This document shows, one piece after another, positions 10,140-19,957 of a stretch of DNA of 54,399 nt; position 1 is the stretch's first letter; every line of letters begins with the position of its first letter. The notes beneath the pieces were generated by a model, which made no database searches, was not told where the DNA came from, and saw nothing but the letters and a program-made list of their open reading frames with translations. The DNA is from a virus (lineage: Duplodnaviria; Caudoviricetes), in IMG/VR virus record IMGVR_UViG_3300043294_000079, positions 1 through 54,399 of that record. One strand, 5' to 3'. A program made the position numbers and the translations under genes.

Positions 10140-10580
10140 TTAGTGAGCAGAGGTCGTTACGTCGATGTCCACCTGCCAGAGACGAGCGGTCTCGCTGTTG
10201 GAGTCCACGCCACCGTCTTTGACCGAGGTGAGCAGGCCGTGGAAGGTCCTCGGCGTGCCGAAGGCCGACATATTCGCGTCGAGCGGCTGCTCTGTCACGG
10301 TGGCCTGCGCCATACCGGCCAAGCTGCGGAGCTTGCCGATCATGTTCTGGTCGTCGCGGAACTCGTTGTCGTAGACGCGTTCGAGCGTGATCGTCCCGAA
10401 CATGGGCAGGCTCGGGTAGATGACCTCGGTCTTGGAGCCGCCCGGACGGTGCTTCACGGGCGTCGCCGTGGCGTCGCCTCCGTCGAGCTTGTCCCAGATG
10501 CCGCAGTCGATTGCCGCCGCTCCCTTCGGGGAGACCGGCGTGACGTGGAGATGTACTAAGAACTGCTGTGATGAGCTCAT
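10140..10580 (-). CDS. Tail tube protein (T4 gp19-like)
   Basis: 146 aa directly after the sheath; WDKLDGG...HRPGG...GTITLERV pattern. Confidence 0.8.
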   Translation of the reverse strand: MSSSQQFLVHLHVTPVSPKGAAAIDCGIWDKLDGGDATATPVKHRPGGSKTEVIYPSLPMFGTITLERVYDNEFRDDQNMIGKLRSLAGMAQATVTEQPLDANMSAFGTPRTFHGLLTSVKDGGVDSNSETARLWQVDIDVTTSAH

Positions 10581-10596
10581 GGATGCCTCCGGTGAG

Positions 10597-12135
10597 TTAG
10601 ACGGGGATGTTCTGGGCGACCGAGTACTGCACGACGTTGATGAGCGTGAACTCGGCGTATGGCGAGAAGCGCACGCTGACCGTCGCCAGGAGCTGGCAGG
10701 CGGCGAGTGTCGTCGGGGTGTTGACCTGCGGCCCCGTGTTCACGCTGAAGGCCTGCTCGGCCGTGGTGCCGTACAGGGCTCCCTGCTGCCAGAGGTCCTG
10801 GCAGACACCGGCAAGCGCCCCGTTGAAGGCACTGATCAGGTGCCCCTGCCCGTCGATCTGCTGGAAGGCGAACGGCGCGGCGGCTACCTTGAGCTGGTTG
10901 GTGATCGCCATCCGCATGCGACCGAAGCTGGCCGGCAGCCACCGTGGATCCGTCGAGATGCTGACGTAGCCGTAGAGCTTGATGAGCCCGTTCATGCTGC
11001 GGATGACGCTGACGCCAGCCGAGTTCAACAGGCCGCGGTCGGACTCGACGTAGTTCTGGGTGACGCCGATGGCGTAGCTCGAGATGCCGTTGTCGCCCGC
11101 AGCCGGCACGCCGGCGTTGTTGTTCTGGTCGCTGGAGGCGATGAGGGCCGCTACGAGGGCCGACGGGGGCACGGTTCGGGTAGCTGCCACCGGCGAAGCT
11201 GTCGTCGACGTGGCGGCCGTGCCGGGGATGATGACCCACGGGGCGAGGAACATGCCGTAGGAGCCGTCGACGCTCGCGATGGTGCCAACAGCGGTCACGA
11301 CGGTGGCCGCCGTGGAAGTGTCGACGTCGTCGCAAAGCGCGAAGCGGTTGTTCAACAGTGCCCCCGAGGCCGAATCCAGAGCGCCGGCGTGGGCGATGAG
11401 GGCGTCCCAGCCCGCAGCCGTGGTGTGCCCGGGTGCGGAGACCTGGCCAGGCCCGAGCGTGTCGAGGAAAGCCGTCAGGCCAGCCGTCCATTGCGCCTCG
11501 ACTATGTCGGCGAGGTCGTCCGCGCCGGTGGCGAGGACTGTGGCCGAGAGGGTAGCCGGGTTGTTGTTCGGGGCCACGGTCACAGACCCGTCGTTGACGA
11601 TCGTGAAGGGGAACGCCCACGGCGTATTGCCGGCCATGTTCGTCGCCCACGTCACCGCATCGGCCGGGGAGAACAGGGCCGGGCTGACCCAGCTCTGGCT
11701 CGTCGCGGGGTTGGCGATCGTGATGACGTAGCTGTTGGCCGGTGTGCCGGCGGCAACCGCCACGGTGCAGGCATTGCCCCACACGCCGCCGCCGTTGGCG
11801 GTGACGGTCAGGGTGTTGAGGGGCGTGCCAGCCTTGTCCTTCAGCACGAGCGTGGCGCTGACGGGGGTGGGGCCGACGATCCTGGAGACGTAGGCGAGCA
11901 CGCCACCGTCGTGGAAGTACTCATCCAGGCTGTCGTAGAGCGTCGTGTAACCGGAGCGCGTCCCGAGGAAGTTGGCGTAGTCGGTCATCGATGTGATCGG
12001 GATGGCGACGCCGACGGGACCCTGCGCAGCCTCACCGGTGACGAACCACGTCCCGGTCGACGGTGCGGCGGAGGCTGACGGTGCGGCGGCAGCTATGTCG
12101 ACATAGACACCGGGGGCAGTGGGGACTGGGCTCAT
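10597..12135 (-). CDS. Tail sheath protein
   Basis: APGVYV N-terminus, GPVGVAIPITSMTDY, VPPSALVAA, LNSAGVSVIR, C-terminal PYAEFTLINV. Confidence 0.92.
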   Translation of the reverse strand: MSPVPTAPGVYVDIAAAAPSASAAPSTGTWFVTGEAAQGPVGVAIPITSMTDYANFLGTRSGYTTLYDSLDEYFHDGGVLAYVSRIVGPTPVSATLVLKDKAGTPLNTLTVTANGGGVWGNACTVAVAAGTPANSYVITIANPATSQSWVSPALFSPADAVTWATNMAGNTPWAFPFTIVNDGSVTVAPNNNPATLSATVLATGADDLADIVEAQWTAGLTAFLDTLGPGQVSAPGHTTAAGWDALIAHAGALDSASGALLNNRFALCDDVDTSTAATVVTAVGTIASVDGSYGMFLAPWVIIPGTAATSTTASPVAATRTVPPSALVAALIASSDQNNNAGVPAAGDNGISSYAIGVTQNYVESDRGLLNSAGVSVIRSMNGLIKLYGYVSISTDPRWLPASFGRMRMAITNQLKVAAAPFAFQQIDGQGHLISAFNGALAGVCQDLWQQGALYGTTAEQAFSVNTGPQVNTPTTLAACQLLATVSVRFSPYAEFTLINVVQYSVAQNIPV

Positions 12136-12356
12136 TTCTCTTCCTCCTGGCTTTGGGCCGCGGGACGGGGGGTCGTGGGCGGGGGCTTTACGAATGCGGC
12201 GGGTTCACTGGTCGCGACGAGCCGGAGCTGGCCCTCCGCGATCTGGCCGCGGTGGCGCTCCGAGTCGGCGATCTCGGCGACTTCGCCCGGATGAAGATGC
12301 CGCCCGTCCTCAAGACAGACGGCATAGGTGACGGTGTTGACGACGCGGACGGTCAC
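12132..12356 (-). CDS. Small protein preceding the sheath
   Basis: RBS AGGAG, stop overlaps the sheath start; common position in myophages. Confidence 0.6.
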   Translation of the reverse strand: MTVRVVNTVTYAVCLEDGRHLHPGEVAEIADSERHRGQIAEGQLRLVATSEPAAFVKPPPTTPRPAAQSQEEEK

Positions 12357-12400
12357 GAAGATCTCCTGTTCGGCTTTGAAAAGTGGGAGTGAGCAGGTAC

Positions 12401-13039
12401 TCAGGAGGCCTCTTGCTCCACGGCGATGCCGATGTACTCAACCTCGCCCTCTGCAGCGGGTGCCAGCACCGAAGGCGTCGGGATGCCGCCGAAGGGACTC
12501 ATGACATTGGCGACCGTGACACCGAAGCGGACGATGGTGAACATGCGCCAGTAGGTCGAGGACCGCCCTTCGCTCGCGACGTTGTAGCCGTGCCACTTGG
12601 TGATCTCGGCGAAACCCCCCAGCGAAGGATTCTGGGCGATGGCCCCCGTGACGGCGGCGGCGTAGGCGTTGCCGACGGCCCTGGACTCGTTGAAATCCTG
12701 CGTGCCCCCGAAGAACACGCTCACGCGGGCATCGAAGGTGGCCCGGGTCGCGCCCTGGCCCGTGGCGCCGACGCTGGCCTTGCGCTCCGGGACGCCGATG
12801 GTGCCGGGCACGATGACCATGCACTGAGAGGTCTTGGCGGCTATCGGTCGTTCCGTGGGCTGGTAGAGGTAGGACTGGGGAACGACCAGGACCGGCGCAC
12901 CAAGCTGGCGGTTGATCTCGGCGACGTAGCTCGGCAGCCAGCTCTCGAGCGTGCGGATCATGGCCACTTCGACCGAGCCGCCCATGTAGAGCGGCCCGAA
13001 GGCGTCCGGCAGGTAGGAGAGGTTCCAGTCGACCGTCAT
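12401..13039 (-). CDS. Tail terminator/completion protein
   Basis: Start moved to ATG 13039 (ATGA overlap); position between neck and sheath genes. Confidence 0.6.
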   Translation of the reverse strand: MTVDWNLSYLPDAFGPLYMGGSVEVAMIRTLESWLPSYVAEINRQLGAPVLVVPQSYLYQPTERPIAAKTSQCMVIVPGTIGVPERKASVGATGQGATRATFDARVSVFFGGTQDFNESRAVGNAYAAAVTGAIAQNPSLGGFAEITKWHGYNVASEGRSSTYWRMFTIVRFGVTVANVMSPFGGIPTPSVLAPAAEGEVEYIGIAVEQEAS

Positions 13040-13542
13040 GCCGACACCAGCTCCGCCGCCGCGGCGCCTTCGAGCAGCCAGCCCTCGAGGATGGCGGCCC
13101 ACTCGAGCGCAGCCCCGTCTGCGGCCATGTCGACGATGCGGCGCTGCGGGGGCCAGCCCGCGCCCGAGGCGTGCAGGCGGAAGCCGCCCGTCTGGTGCCG
13201 GTGGGCATAAGGGACGGTGGTCATCATGGCGACCGAGAACGGGGTCCATTCCGTGTCGAAGCCTTCGCCGCCGGCGAGAGAGGCCTGCAGGACGCCCGTG
13301 TCGACAAGGATCTGGTCGTAGTTGGTGTTCTGGCGCGCCCAGGATCCCGTCATGGAGATGGTGGACTCAGCCAGCGGCGCCCAACCCGGGCCGTTGTCGG
13401 CGAAGCGGCGCGCCTCGATCGAATGGAAGGACTCGACGATGGCGTCGAAGGCGAGCACCCAGTTGGAGGCCCTGTCCGCCATGCCACTGAGAAGGTCCTG
13501 GAGGGCCGCGCCGCCATCAAGGGGTTCGTAGCCGACGCTCAT
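13036..13542 (-). CDS. Virion morphogenesis/neck protein (Mu gpG-like)
   Basis: WAPLAESTI, ILVDTGVLQASL, VPYAHRHQTGG, PQRRI motifs. Confidence 0.8.
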   Translation of the reverse strand: MSVGYEPLDGGAALQDLLSGMADRASNWVLAFDAIVESFHSIEARRFADNGPGWAPLAESTISMTGSWARQNTNYDQILVDTGVLQASLAGGEGFDTEWTPFSVAMMTTVPYAHRHQTGGFRLHASGAGWPPQRRIVDMAADGAALEWAAILEGWLLEGAAAAELVSA

Positions 13543-14232
13543 CTAACTTTTCGCCCAGTTCGAGAGCATCGCCGTTATCTGCAGCTCGATCTCGTCGAGG
13601 TTCATTTCCTTGCGAGACTGGGGCTCCATATCGAGGATGATCATCTTGGCGGCCACGTAGCGGCAGAGCCGTTGCAGGTCAGCGGGGATGGCGATGGTGT
13701 AACCGCCCGAGTAGTTGATGACGGCGTTCGTGCCTTCTGGGCAAAAGGTACCGAGGCGCATACGGCATTCGCCGGTGTCCGGGTGCGGTGCCCCGCCTTC
13801 GACGGAACTCGGGTCGACCTGGATCTTCGACCCGAACGTGAGCTCCAAGGTGATCGAGTTCACCGAGTAGGTCCACAAGTCGGCGTAGTGCGGGGCCGTC
13901 TGGTCCACCCAGAACTTCCGCACGAGGTTGTCGGTCTGGTAGGCCGCCGCCTGAGACAAGCCCAACGATCCATAGATGTCGAGCGGGCTGTCGGATGATG
14001 CCCCGTACTCGTTGGGGTCGATCCCGAAAAGCCTGTGCGATTCCGTCAAGTTGCTGAAGGGTGCCAGGCGGCGGCCTACGGATGACTCAATGAAGGCTGT
14101 CGCCTCCACGAGGACTTGTGAGAGTGCCATCGGGTCCGACGCGGGCGCGTCCTCGCACAGCGACGGAAAGAACAGCTGGAACTGATCGGCCGTCGCTAGT
14201 GCGGGCGGAATCGTGCTGACGAGATCGGACAC
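13543..14232 (-). CDS. Head-tail adaptor
   Basis: ATAFIESSVGRRL and INYSGGY..IPADLQRLC motifs; follows the MCP. Confidence 0.75.
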   Translation of the reverse strand: MSDLVSTIPPALATADQFQLFFPSLCEDAPASDPMALSQVLVEATAFIESSVGRRLAPFSNLTESHRLFGIDPNEYGASSDSPLDIYGSLGLSQAAAYQTDNLVRKFWVDQTAPHYADLWTYSVNSITLELTFGSKIQVDPSSVEGGAPHPDTGECRMRLGTFCPEGTNAVINYSGGYTIAIPADLQRLCRYVAAKMIILDMEPQSRKEMNLDEIELQITAMLSNWAKS

Positions 14233-14244
14233 GACGGGCGCGCT

Positions 14245-14526
14245 CTAACCGAGCCCGACTGCGGGGAACTCGGCGGGGACCGGCTCTGCCTCGGGCTCGG
14301 CCTCGACCGGCACGTCATCTTGGTGCGTGGTGGGCACGGGCTCGGGCACACCCTCGGCGACGGGGACCACCTCGGGCTCTGCCTCTGGCTCGGGGACCAC
14401 CTCGTCTACCTCAGAGAAGGGAGAGGGCTGTGTGGTGCTCGGAACCGGCGGGAGCGGCTGGACCTCGGCGAACGGGCCGTTGGTCACGGCTCCCTGGGGC
14501 GCGTTGGGGGCGGGGATGTCGGTCAT
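14245..14526 (-). CDS. Acidic Pro/Glu-rich hypothetical protein
   Basis: ATGA overlap; PEPEAEPE repeats. Confidence 0.55.
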   Translation of the reverse strand: MTDIPAPNAPQGAVTNGPFAEVQPLPPVPSTTQPSPFSEVDEVVPEPEAEPEVVPVAEGVPEPVPTTHQDDVPVEAEPEAEPVPAEFPAVGLG

Positions 14527-14795
14527 CTGCGTGGTCCTCTCTTGGGTGCGGGCGTCTCGGGCTTAGTCAACGCGTCGAGCTCCTCCTCGCTGAGCGACGC
14601 CAAGTCGTCCCCCATGCCGTTGGGCAGGTCCTCCGGGTCGTCAGCGTGGACCGACGGGATGAACTCGGTCGGCGCGGGCGTGCAGTCGCTGAACGGGCTG
14701 CGCTTGACACGCCCGAGGGCGATGGCTGAAGCGGCCACCTGGGGTGAGACGGTGCCCGACGATTGTGCGAACGGGCTGGGTTTGGTTCCTGACAT
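14523..14795 (-). CDS. Hypothetical protein after the MCP
   Basis: Start moved to ATG 14795 with RBS GAAGGAG. Confidence 0.55.
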   Translation of the reverse strand: MSGTKPSPFAQSSGTVSPQVAASAIALGRVKRSPFSDCTPAPTEFIPSVHADDPEDLPNGMGDDLASLSEEELDALTKPETPAPKRGPRR

Positions 14796-14883
14796 GCGTG
14801 CTCCTTCTGTCGGAGAGCAACAAGGGGGATGCCGAGGGAGAAGGAGGGCAGACCCCAGCATCCCCCCGTTGCTCGTGGCTGGA

Positions 14884-16353
14884 CTAGACGGCCAGCGTCG
14901 CGACGGCGTTGGTCGCCCGGGCCATGAACTGCGGGGCACGTGTCGCGAGGCACGTGTCGCAGACGAAGGCGAAGGGCAAGCTGTCCGGGCTGGACGTGGT
15001 CGGGTAGACGTCCACCGTCTGCATCTCACGCACGTAAGGCCGGATGATGAAGTCCGGGTCACGCGGCAAGAGGTAGATGTTCTGCGCACCCGTGGTGGGT
15101 GGCACCATACCGGCGTTCGTGCCGACATAGGCGGCCGGGGTGGTCGCAGGAATAGTTGAACCGTTCTGCGGGACCAGGGCTGTGCCGGTGTCGACGATCG
15201 ACGTGGTCGGAAGCGGCGTGATGCCGTCCGACTGCAGTCCCACGTTGGCGTCCACGTAGCCGAGCAGCGTCTCGGTCTTGGTGCTGCCGTTGGCCGCGGT
15301 CCGCCACACCTTGTAGAGGATGGGGGAGAGCGTCTGGCCGAGCTGGGTGACGGAGGGCGGTGTCGCCCATGCCAAGGTGATGATGTTGGCACCCGAGCCG
15401 GTTAGCTGGCTGACCTCATTGCTGGCCAGGATCTCGCCGAAGCGAGCGATGACCGCGGAGACGACGTACTTGTACGTGGTCGTGTTCGGCAGCGTGCCGG
15501 CCGAGAGCGCCGGCGTGTCGGAACTGGTCGTCGCAGTCGTGATCGTGACCGTGGTCATCGCGTTGCTGCGCGGGTTCAGGAACGACGACTTGATGAAGGG
15601 GATGTTGCGGTAGGTCGGCACGATGAGACCGGCCGCCACCTCGGTGTTCGTGATCGCACCGCTGTCAGCTGCGTTGAACCGCTGCTGGTTGGTGAGCAGC
15701 TGGGCGACCCGGCTGTTCACGCCCGAGCTGACGAGGAAGAAGTAGTCGGTGCCGCCATCAGGGTAGGTAGCCGCGTTCGATTCCACCATCTCGATCAGGT
15801 TGTCGAAGATGGTCAGGTCGAGGATGCCCGTGTTCCCGGATGGTCCGAGCGAACCGCTCCAGTTGATGGTGTTCGGTGCCGAGCTCGTCGCGTCGGACAC
15901 GAGCGTGTCCAGGCCGTCGTACTGGGGGTAGGGGCCGTTCAGCGTGGAGGCGGCATTGCCCCAGTCCAGGCCGGTCTCGACATCCCATTCGAGGCCGCGT
16001 GCGGCGCCCTCGATTTCCTTCGCGCGCAAGGACCCGATGAGGTCGGCCGTGACCGCCTCGGCGTAGCCGGTGACCCCACCGACTGCCTGCAGGTTCTTGA
16101 TCGTGAACGGGTACTGGGTGTAGGTCGACGTGCTGATGGGGCGAGCGCCGCCGTCTGTCACGAAGCCACCAGCCGCCACTTGTGAGCGCTGGTTGAAGTT
16201 GTAAATGGTCGAGCCCCAGCGGATGGACGGGAGCACGCGCACCAGTGGTGCATAGCGACGCTGCAGCTCTTGGACTACAGGGTCGATCTGCTTCTGGATG
16301 AGTGCCGCCGCGCCCGAGGCGCTGAGGACGGCCTCGGTGAGTTCAGTGGCCAT
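14884..16353 (-). CDS. Major capsid protein (HK97 fold) with inserted Ig/FN3-like domain
   Basis: Strong RBS AGAAAGGA; follows the scaffold; LIQKQIDP, YDGLD, TYRNIPFIKS; beta-rich insert near 15180-15560. Confidence 0.85.
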   Translation of the reverse strand: MATELTEAVLSASGAAALIQKQIDPVVQELQRRYAPLVRVLPSIRWGSTIYNFNQRSQVAAGGFVTDGGARPISTSTYTQYPFTIKNLQAVGGVTGYAEAVTADLIGSLRAKEIEGAARGLEWDVETGLDWGNAASTLNGPYPQYDGLDTLVSDATSSAPNTINWSGSLGPSGNTGILDLTIFDNLIEMVESNAATYPDGGTDYFFLVSSGVNSRVAQLLTNQQRFNAADSGAITNTEVAAGLIVPTYRNIPFIKSSFLNPRSNAMTTVTITTATTSSDTPALSAGTLPNTTTYKYVVSAVIARFGEILASNEVSQLTGSGANIITLAWATPPSVTQLGQTLSPILYKVWRTAANGSTKTETLLGYVDANVGLQSDGITPLPTTSIVDTGTALVPQNGSTIPATTPAAYVGTNAGMVPPTTGAQNIYLLPRDPDFIIRPYVREMQTVDVYPTTSSPDSLPFAFVCDTCLATRAPQFMARATNAVATLAV

Positions 16354-16415
16354 GGTTCATGGTCCTTTCTTCTGAGAAGGTGTTTGCGAGTGGTTGGTCG
16401 GGCCAGCCGGGCGGG

Positions 16416-18134
16416 CTAGACCGAGGCGCCTTGCGGCAACATCGGGTCGAGGGCGTGGAACAGCGTCTCCTTGAACTCCTCGGTGGTCTGACCTGCGAGC
16501 TTGCGGGCGTCGGTCTCGACGGTGATGCCCTTCATGACCTCGGCCTTGCCGACGATGCCGCGACGGACGATGGTGCCCGAACGCCGCGCCTCTTCGATGA
16601 CTTCGGCCTTGGCCGCGGTCTTCATTTCCTCGGCAAACTTCGCGAGGTCGGCGAGAGTGACAGGAGCGCCCAAGGCTGCAGCGTCCGCCTCGGCGACGAG
16701 ACGCCGGGCCTTGTCGAGCTCGGACTCGACGGGTGCAGCTGCCGGGACGCCGACAAGGGCCTCCAGGACGGCTTCACGAGTGAGCGCGGGCTTGGTCTCG
16801 GTGACCGGAGGCCGGAGCAGCGCTTGCAGTTCCTCGGTCGTGTACGTGGTCTTGGCGGGGTCTAGAGAGGCCGCCTGCTCGGGAGTGAGCAGTGCCTTGA
16901 CTTGCTCCGCGCTGTGATTGGCCATCTGGCCCTTCCTTTCTTCAGCCGGGGCTTCCTCAGCGCCGGGAACGGGTTGCCCGCACTGCGGGCAGAACAGAGA
17001 ACCTTGGGGGACGGACTCGCCACACGAGGCGCACTCCATATCGTCGTCGTCCTCGGCCGGCTCCAGAGCGTCGATGTCTCCGTCGTTGTCAGGGTCGAGC
17101 GACAAAAGCCCTGCGAGAGCGGCTCGCGCCATGGCTGCGCCGGCCTTCGGAAGATCGGACGGGTCGTTGATCCAGCCCGACACGTTGATCGAAGCGGCGC
17201 CGTTGTCGAGCGACGTGGAGGCGTAGGCCTCGATGACGTCGACGAACTCGGCACCCATGCGGGTGAGCGTCTCCTCGAGTTCGAGGGACTCCTTGGCGAT
17301 GTCGATACCGAAGCGCTTGCAGGCTGCCTTGATCTTGCCCTTGATGCGGGCGAGCTGGTTGGCCGTGTACTTGGCCGCGTTCTTGGCCTTGTTTATGTAC
17401 CCCCAGGCACTTCTGCAGTGAGATTTGCTATCCGTGGGGTAACGAGGCTTCTTGTCTTTTTGGTAGCCGGGGTCCGCATAGCCGCCGCCGGGCGTGAGCG
17501 GCTTGGCACCATCGGCCTCGGTGGTGCACACCGTGCACAAGCCGTCCACCATCGGGTGGGCGATCTCGGCTTCGAGCAGGGCCAGCACCGAGGGCGTCTC
17601 GTCGAGTTCGAGCACTACGGAGTCCAGCGACTCGCAGATCGTGGCCCCCGTAAGGGCCGCCATCTCGCCGAGCTTGGCGCTGTCGATCTGTGCGTTAGCG
17701 AGCCCAGGCCGGTGGGTGAAGTCGAGGGCCGTCACGTCGAGGTCGGGAGCGGTCTCGTTGCCGGCTTCATCGGTCTCGACGTCGCCCACCCAGGAGCCAA
17801 AGATCGACACGGTCTTCAGTGCGGCCTTCCCCGACTTGTCAGGCACGGCCATGGCGGCGACGTCGCGACCCGCATCGGTCGGGATGATGTCAGCCTCGAA
17901 ATGACCGGCACCGGCGTCGTCCTGGTACACCTTGGTCACGGTCGCGGCCGTGGCACGGGTGTCGCCCTCGGCGTTCGCTTTGTGGCTGGTGTGCATCGGG
18001 ATGACCTGGCCGCCGGACAGTCGCCCGTTCATGCGCTCGACAGCGCGCCCGATGTTCTCCCGGGTGTACTTGCGCTTGTTCTTGCTGACCCCTGGAGCCA
18101 AGAAGACGCCTTTGAGCGTACCGATTCGAGCCAT
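16416..18134 (-). CDS. Prohead protease/scaffold fusion with DUF6582-like and zinc-ribbon domains
   Basis: PGVSKNKRKY, VSIFG, LDFTHRPG protease motifs; YADPGYQKDKKPRYP...SAWGYIN; CASC...CPQCG; helical acidic C-terminus. Confidence 0.8.
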   Translation of the reverse strand: MARIGTLKGVFLAPGVSKNKRKYTRENIGRAVERMNGRLSGGQVIPMHTSHKANAEGDTRATAATVTKVYQDDAGAGHFEADIIPTDAGRDVAAMAVPDKSGKAALKTVSIFGSWVGDVETDEAGNETAPDLDVTALDFTHRPGLANAQIDSAKLGEMAALTGATICESLDSVVLELDETPSVLALLEAEIAHPMVDGLCTVCTTEADGAKPLTPGGGYADPGYQKDKKPRYPTDSKSHCRSAWGYINKAKNAAKYTANQLARIKGKIKAACKRFGIDIAKESLELEETLTRMGAEFVDVIEAYASTSLDNGAASINVSGWINDPSDLPKAGAAMARAALAGLLSLDPDNDGDIDALEPAEDDDDMECASCGESVPQGSLFCPQCGQPVPGAEEAPAEERKGQMANHSAEQVKALLTPEQAASLDPAKTTYTTEELQALLRPPVTETKPALTREAVLEALVGVPAAAPVESELDKARRLVAEADAAALGAPVTLADLAKFAEEMKTAAKAEVIEEARRSGTIVRRGIVGKAEVMKGITVETDARKLAGQTTEEFKETLFHALDPMLPQGASV

Positions 18135-18342
18135 CGAGGCTCCTTTCGCGAAAGAGGACTAGGCGTCCTACACGCACCGCCGGGAATGGGCGGCGCTCCC
18201 TTCGGGCTTGTCAGGCCCTCTGTGCCCTGCGCGGGCTGGACCCTGTCCGTAGCCCCTGTTGTCCCTGGCCGCGGGTTGACGCCCGACCGACACCAGGCAG
18301 TTTCTACGGCACTTCCCCTCGGACGCCTAGAAGACGGACCGC

Positions 18343-19023
18343 TTAGCTCTCGGCCAGGGCGCTGCACATGCCGTACCAGTTGGTCCCATCAGAGACGAGA
18401 GTGAACACGGAGACGGCACCAGCCGCGCCCACGGCCGCAAACCCCGAGGTGACCTTTGCACCCGAGAAGGCGAGACTGGTGGCAGATGTACCCGCAGCAT
18501 TGGTGAAGATGCAGGTCACCATCGCTCCATACGCGGCGGCCGGCATCGTCAGCACCAGGGCGGCCGAAGATGTACCGGTGACGGTGTTCACGCCATAGAC
18601 CAACGTGCCGGTGGTCGTCTTGACACCGAGAGCGTTGACGGCAACCGTTCCCTGACAGGGGGTCTGTCCTGCAGCGGCGGCATCGGTCGCAGCGGTCCCG
18701 TTGGCGAGGCCGGTGATCTTGTGCGCGCCCATGGCGATTGCACCCGTCATCGAGCCGCCAGTGAGGGGGAGATCAGCCGGAGCAGCGGGTAACCCGTGGT
18801 CGTGGTCGTTGCGGGCGTAGCTGGTCCCAACCCCGACGACAGCCGCGTCGCCGTAGGCGGCAGGCCCGGCGACGGTGGTCGCGGCAGAGGCGACGGGGCA
18901 CGTTCCGCCCAGGAGAGCGGTCTCGATGGCGACGATGGCGTCGTTGATGAGCGCGGCTGGCGGCAGGGTTTCGTCGCCGCCGGGGAAAGCGTCGATGGAG
19001 TTGGGGAATGTGCTGGTGGTCAT
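18343..19023 (-). CDS. Fibre-like virion protein (head fibre candidate)
   Basis: LPLTGGSMTGAIAMGAHKITGLANGTAATDAA trimeric fibre/YadA-stalk-like motif; C-terminal SDGTNWY. Confidence 0.6.
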   Translation of the reverse strand: MTTSTFPNSIDAFPGGDETLPPAALINDAIVAIETALLGGTCPVASAATTVAGPAAYGDAAVVGVGTSYARNDHDHGLPAAPADLPLTGGSMTGAIAMGAHKITGLANGTAATDAAAAGQTPCQGTVAVNALGVKTTTGTLVYGVNTVTGTSSAALVLTMPAAAYGAMVTCIFTNAAGTSATSLAFSGAKVTSGFAAVGAAGAVSVFTLVSDGTNWYGMCSALAES

Positions 19024-19043
19024 GGGATTCCTCTCTCAGGGGA

Positions 19044-19949
19044 TTACAGCGAGACGGTGCCGGCTGGTGCCGTCGAACAACGGCAGTTGAAATGAAGTGG
19101 CGGCTGAGGGAGGTCGCCCAGGCTGTACGCACCTGCTATGGACGAATCGAGCGGGGCGCACTCCTCACAGGCGTCGGGCTGGCAGACGAAATCGAACATG
19201 TCGACCCCGGCGGCAACCATCTGGGCTATCTGTGCCTGTTGCATGGCCGAATGGATCGACTCGTCGATGTAAGCCTGGACGCCATCGCCTTTGTCGATGA
19301 TGGCGTTGACGGCGTCCGCCATCTCCTCCTGCCCGAAGTCACGGGCGAGAGCATCGGCGATGCACTTGCCGACGTCTCCCGCGAGGCCACCCAGTTCGTC
19401 GATGATCCAGATGCCGGACTCGGCACCGTAGCTGTCGAGCTCGCGCAGGTTGGCCAGCGTGTCGTCGAACAGCTTGTCCAGGTCGATCGTGATGTCGGCC
19501 GGGGTGACCCCTGCGTCTTGCAGCAACGCCGTGGCCTGGACCACGCCCTCTGCCGCGGCCTCGGCCTCAGCGAGCGAGACCAGCCCGGTCCACTCTTCGG
19601 CGACCTCGGGATTGTCCCGGAGCCACTGGGCGAGCGCTCCGAGCGCGACCGCCTTGGCCGCATCACGACGGACCGTTGCCGTCTTGTCGCCGGTCATGTC
19701 GTCGTCGTTCGGTTTTGTCACGTGGCGCTGGACCTTGGCCACGTAGGCCTTCGCGTCGAAGCCCTTGGCGATCGTCCTGGTCACTGGCTTGATCTTGCGC
19801 GCCCAACGCCTGGAGAGCTTGTCCCGACGCTCCTCTAGCTCGGCGAGCAGGGTTTCGTAGACGACGATGCGCTCGGCCAAGGACGGGTCGCCCAGCTCAG
19901 TTGCGATGTCTCGGGCCATCTCCCGAACCTGCTCGGCGGTCACGGTCAT
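19044..19949 (-). CDS. Minor head protein (Mu gpF/SPP1 gp7-like)
   Basis: CEEC and PPLHFNCRCS C-terminal motif. Confidence 0.85.
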   Translation of the reverse strand: MTVTAEQVREMARDIATELGDPSLAERIVVYETLLAELEERRDKLSRRWARKIKPVTRTIAKGFDAKAYVAKVQRHVTKPNDDDMTGDKTATVRRDAAKAVALGALAQWLRDNPEVAEEWTGLVSLAEAEAAAEGVVQATALLQDAGVTPADITIDLDKLFDDTLANLRELDSYGAESGIWIIDELGGLAGDVGKCIADALARDFGQEEMADAVNAIIDKGDGVQAYIDESIHSAMQQAQIAQMVAAGVDMFDFVCQPDACEECAPLDSSIAGAYSLGDLPQPPLHFNCRCSTAPAGTVSL

Positions 19950-19957
19950 CGCTTAGC

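Noticed and set aside
2761-12135. Extracellular contractile injection system or tailocin
   Set aside because: Linked to portal, capsid, terminase and a long TMP
10420-18404. Long plus-strand ORFs (10420..12078, 16902..18404 and similar, also 4271..5332, 23574..24584, 51834..53039)
   Set aside because: Antisense shadows of well-supported genes in high-GC DNA
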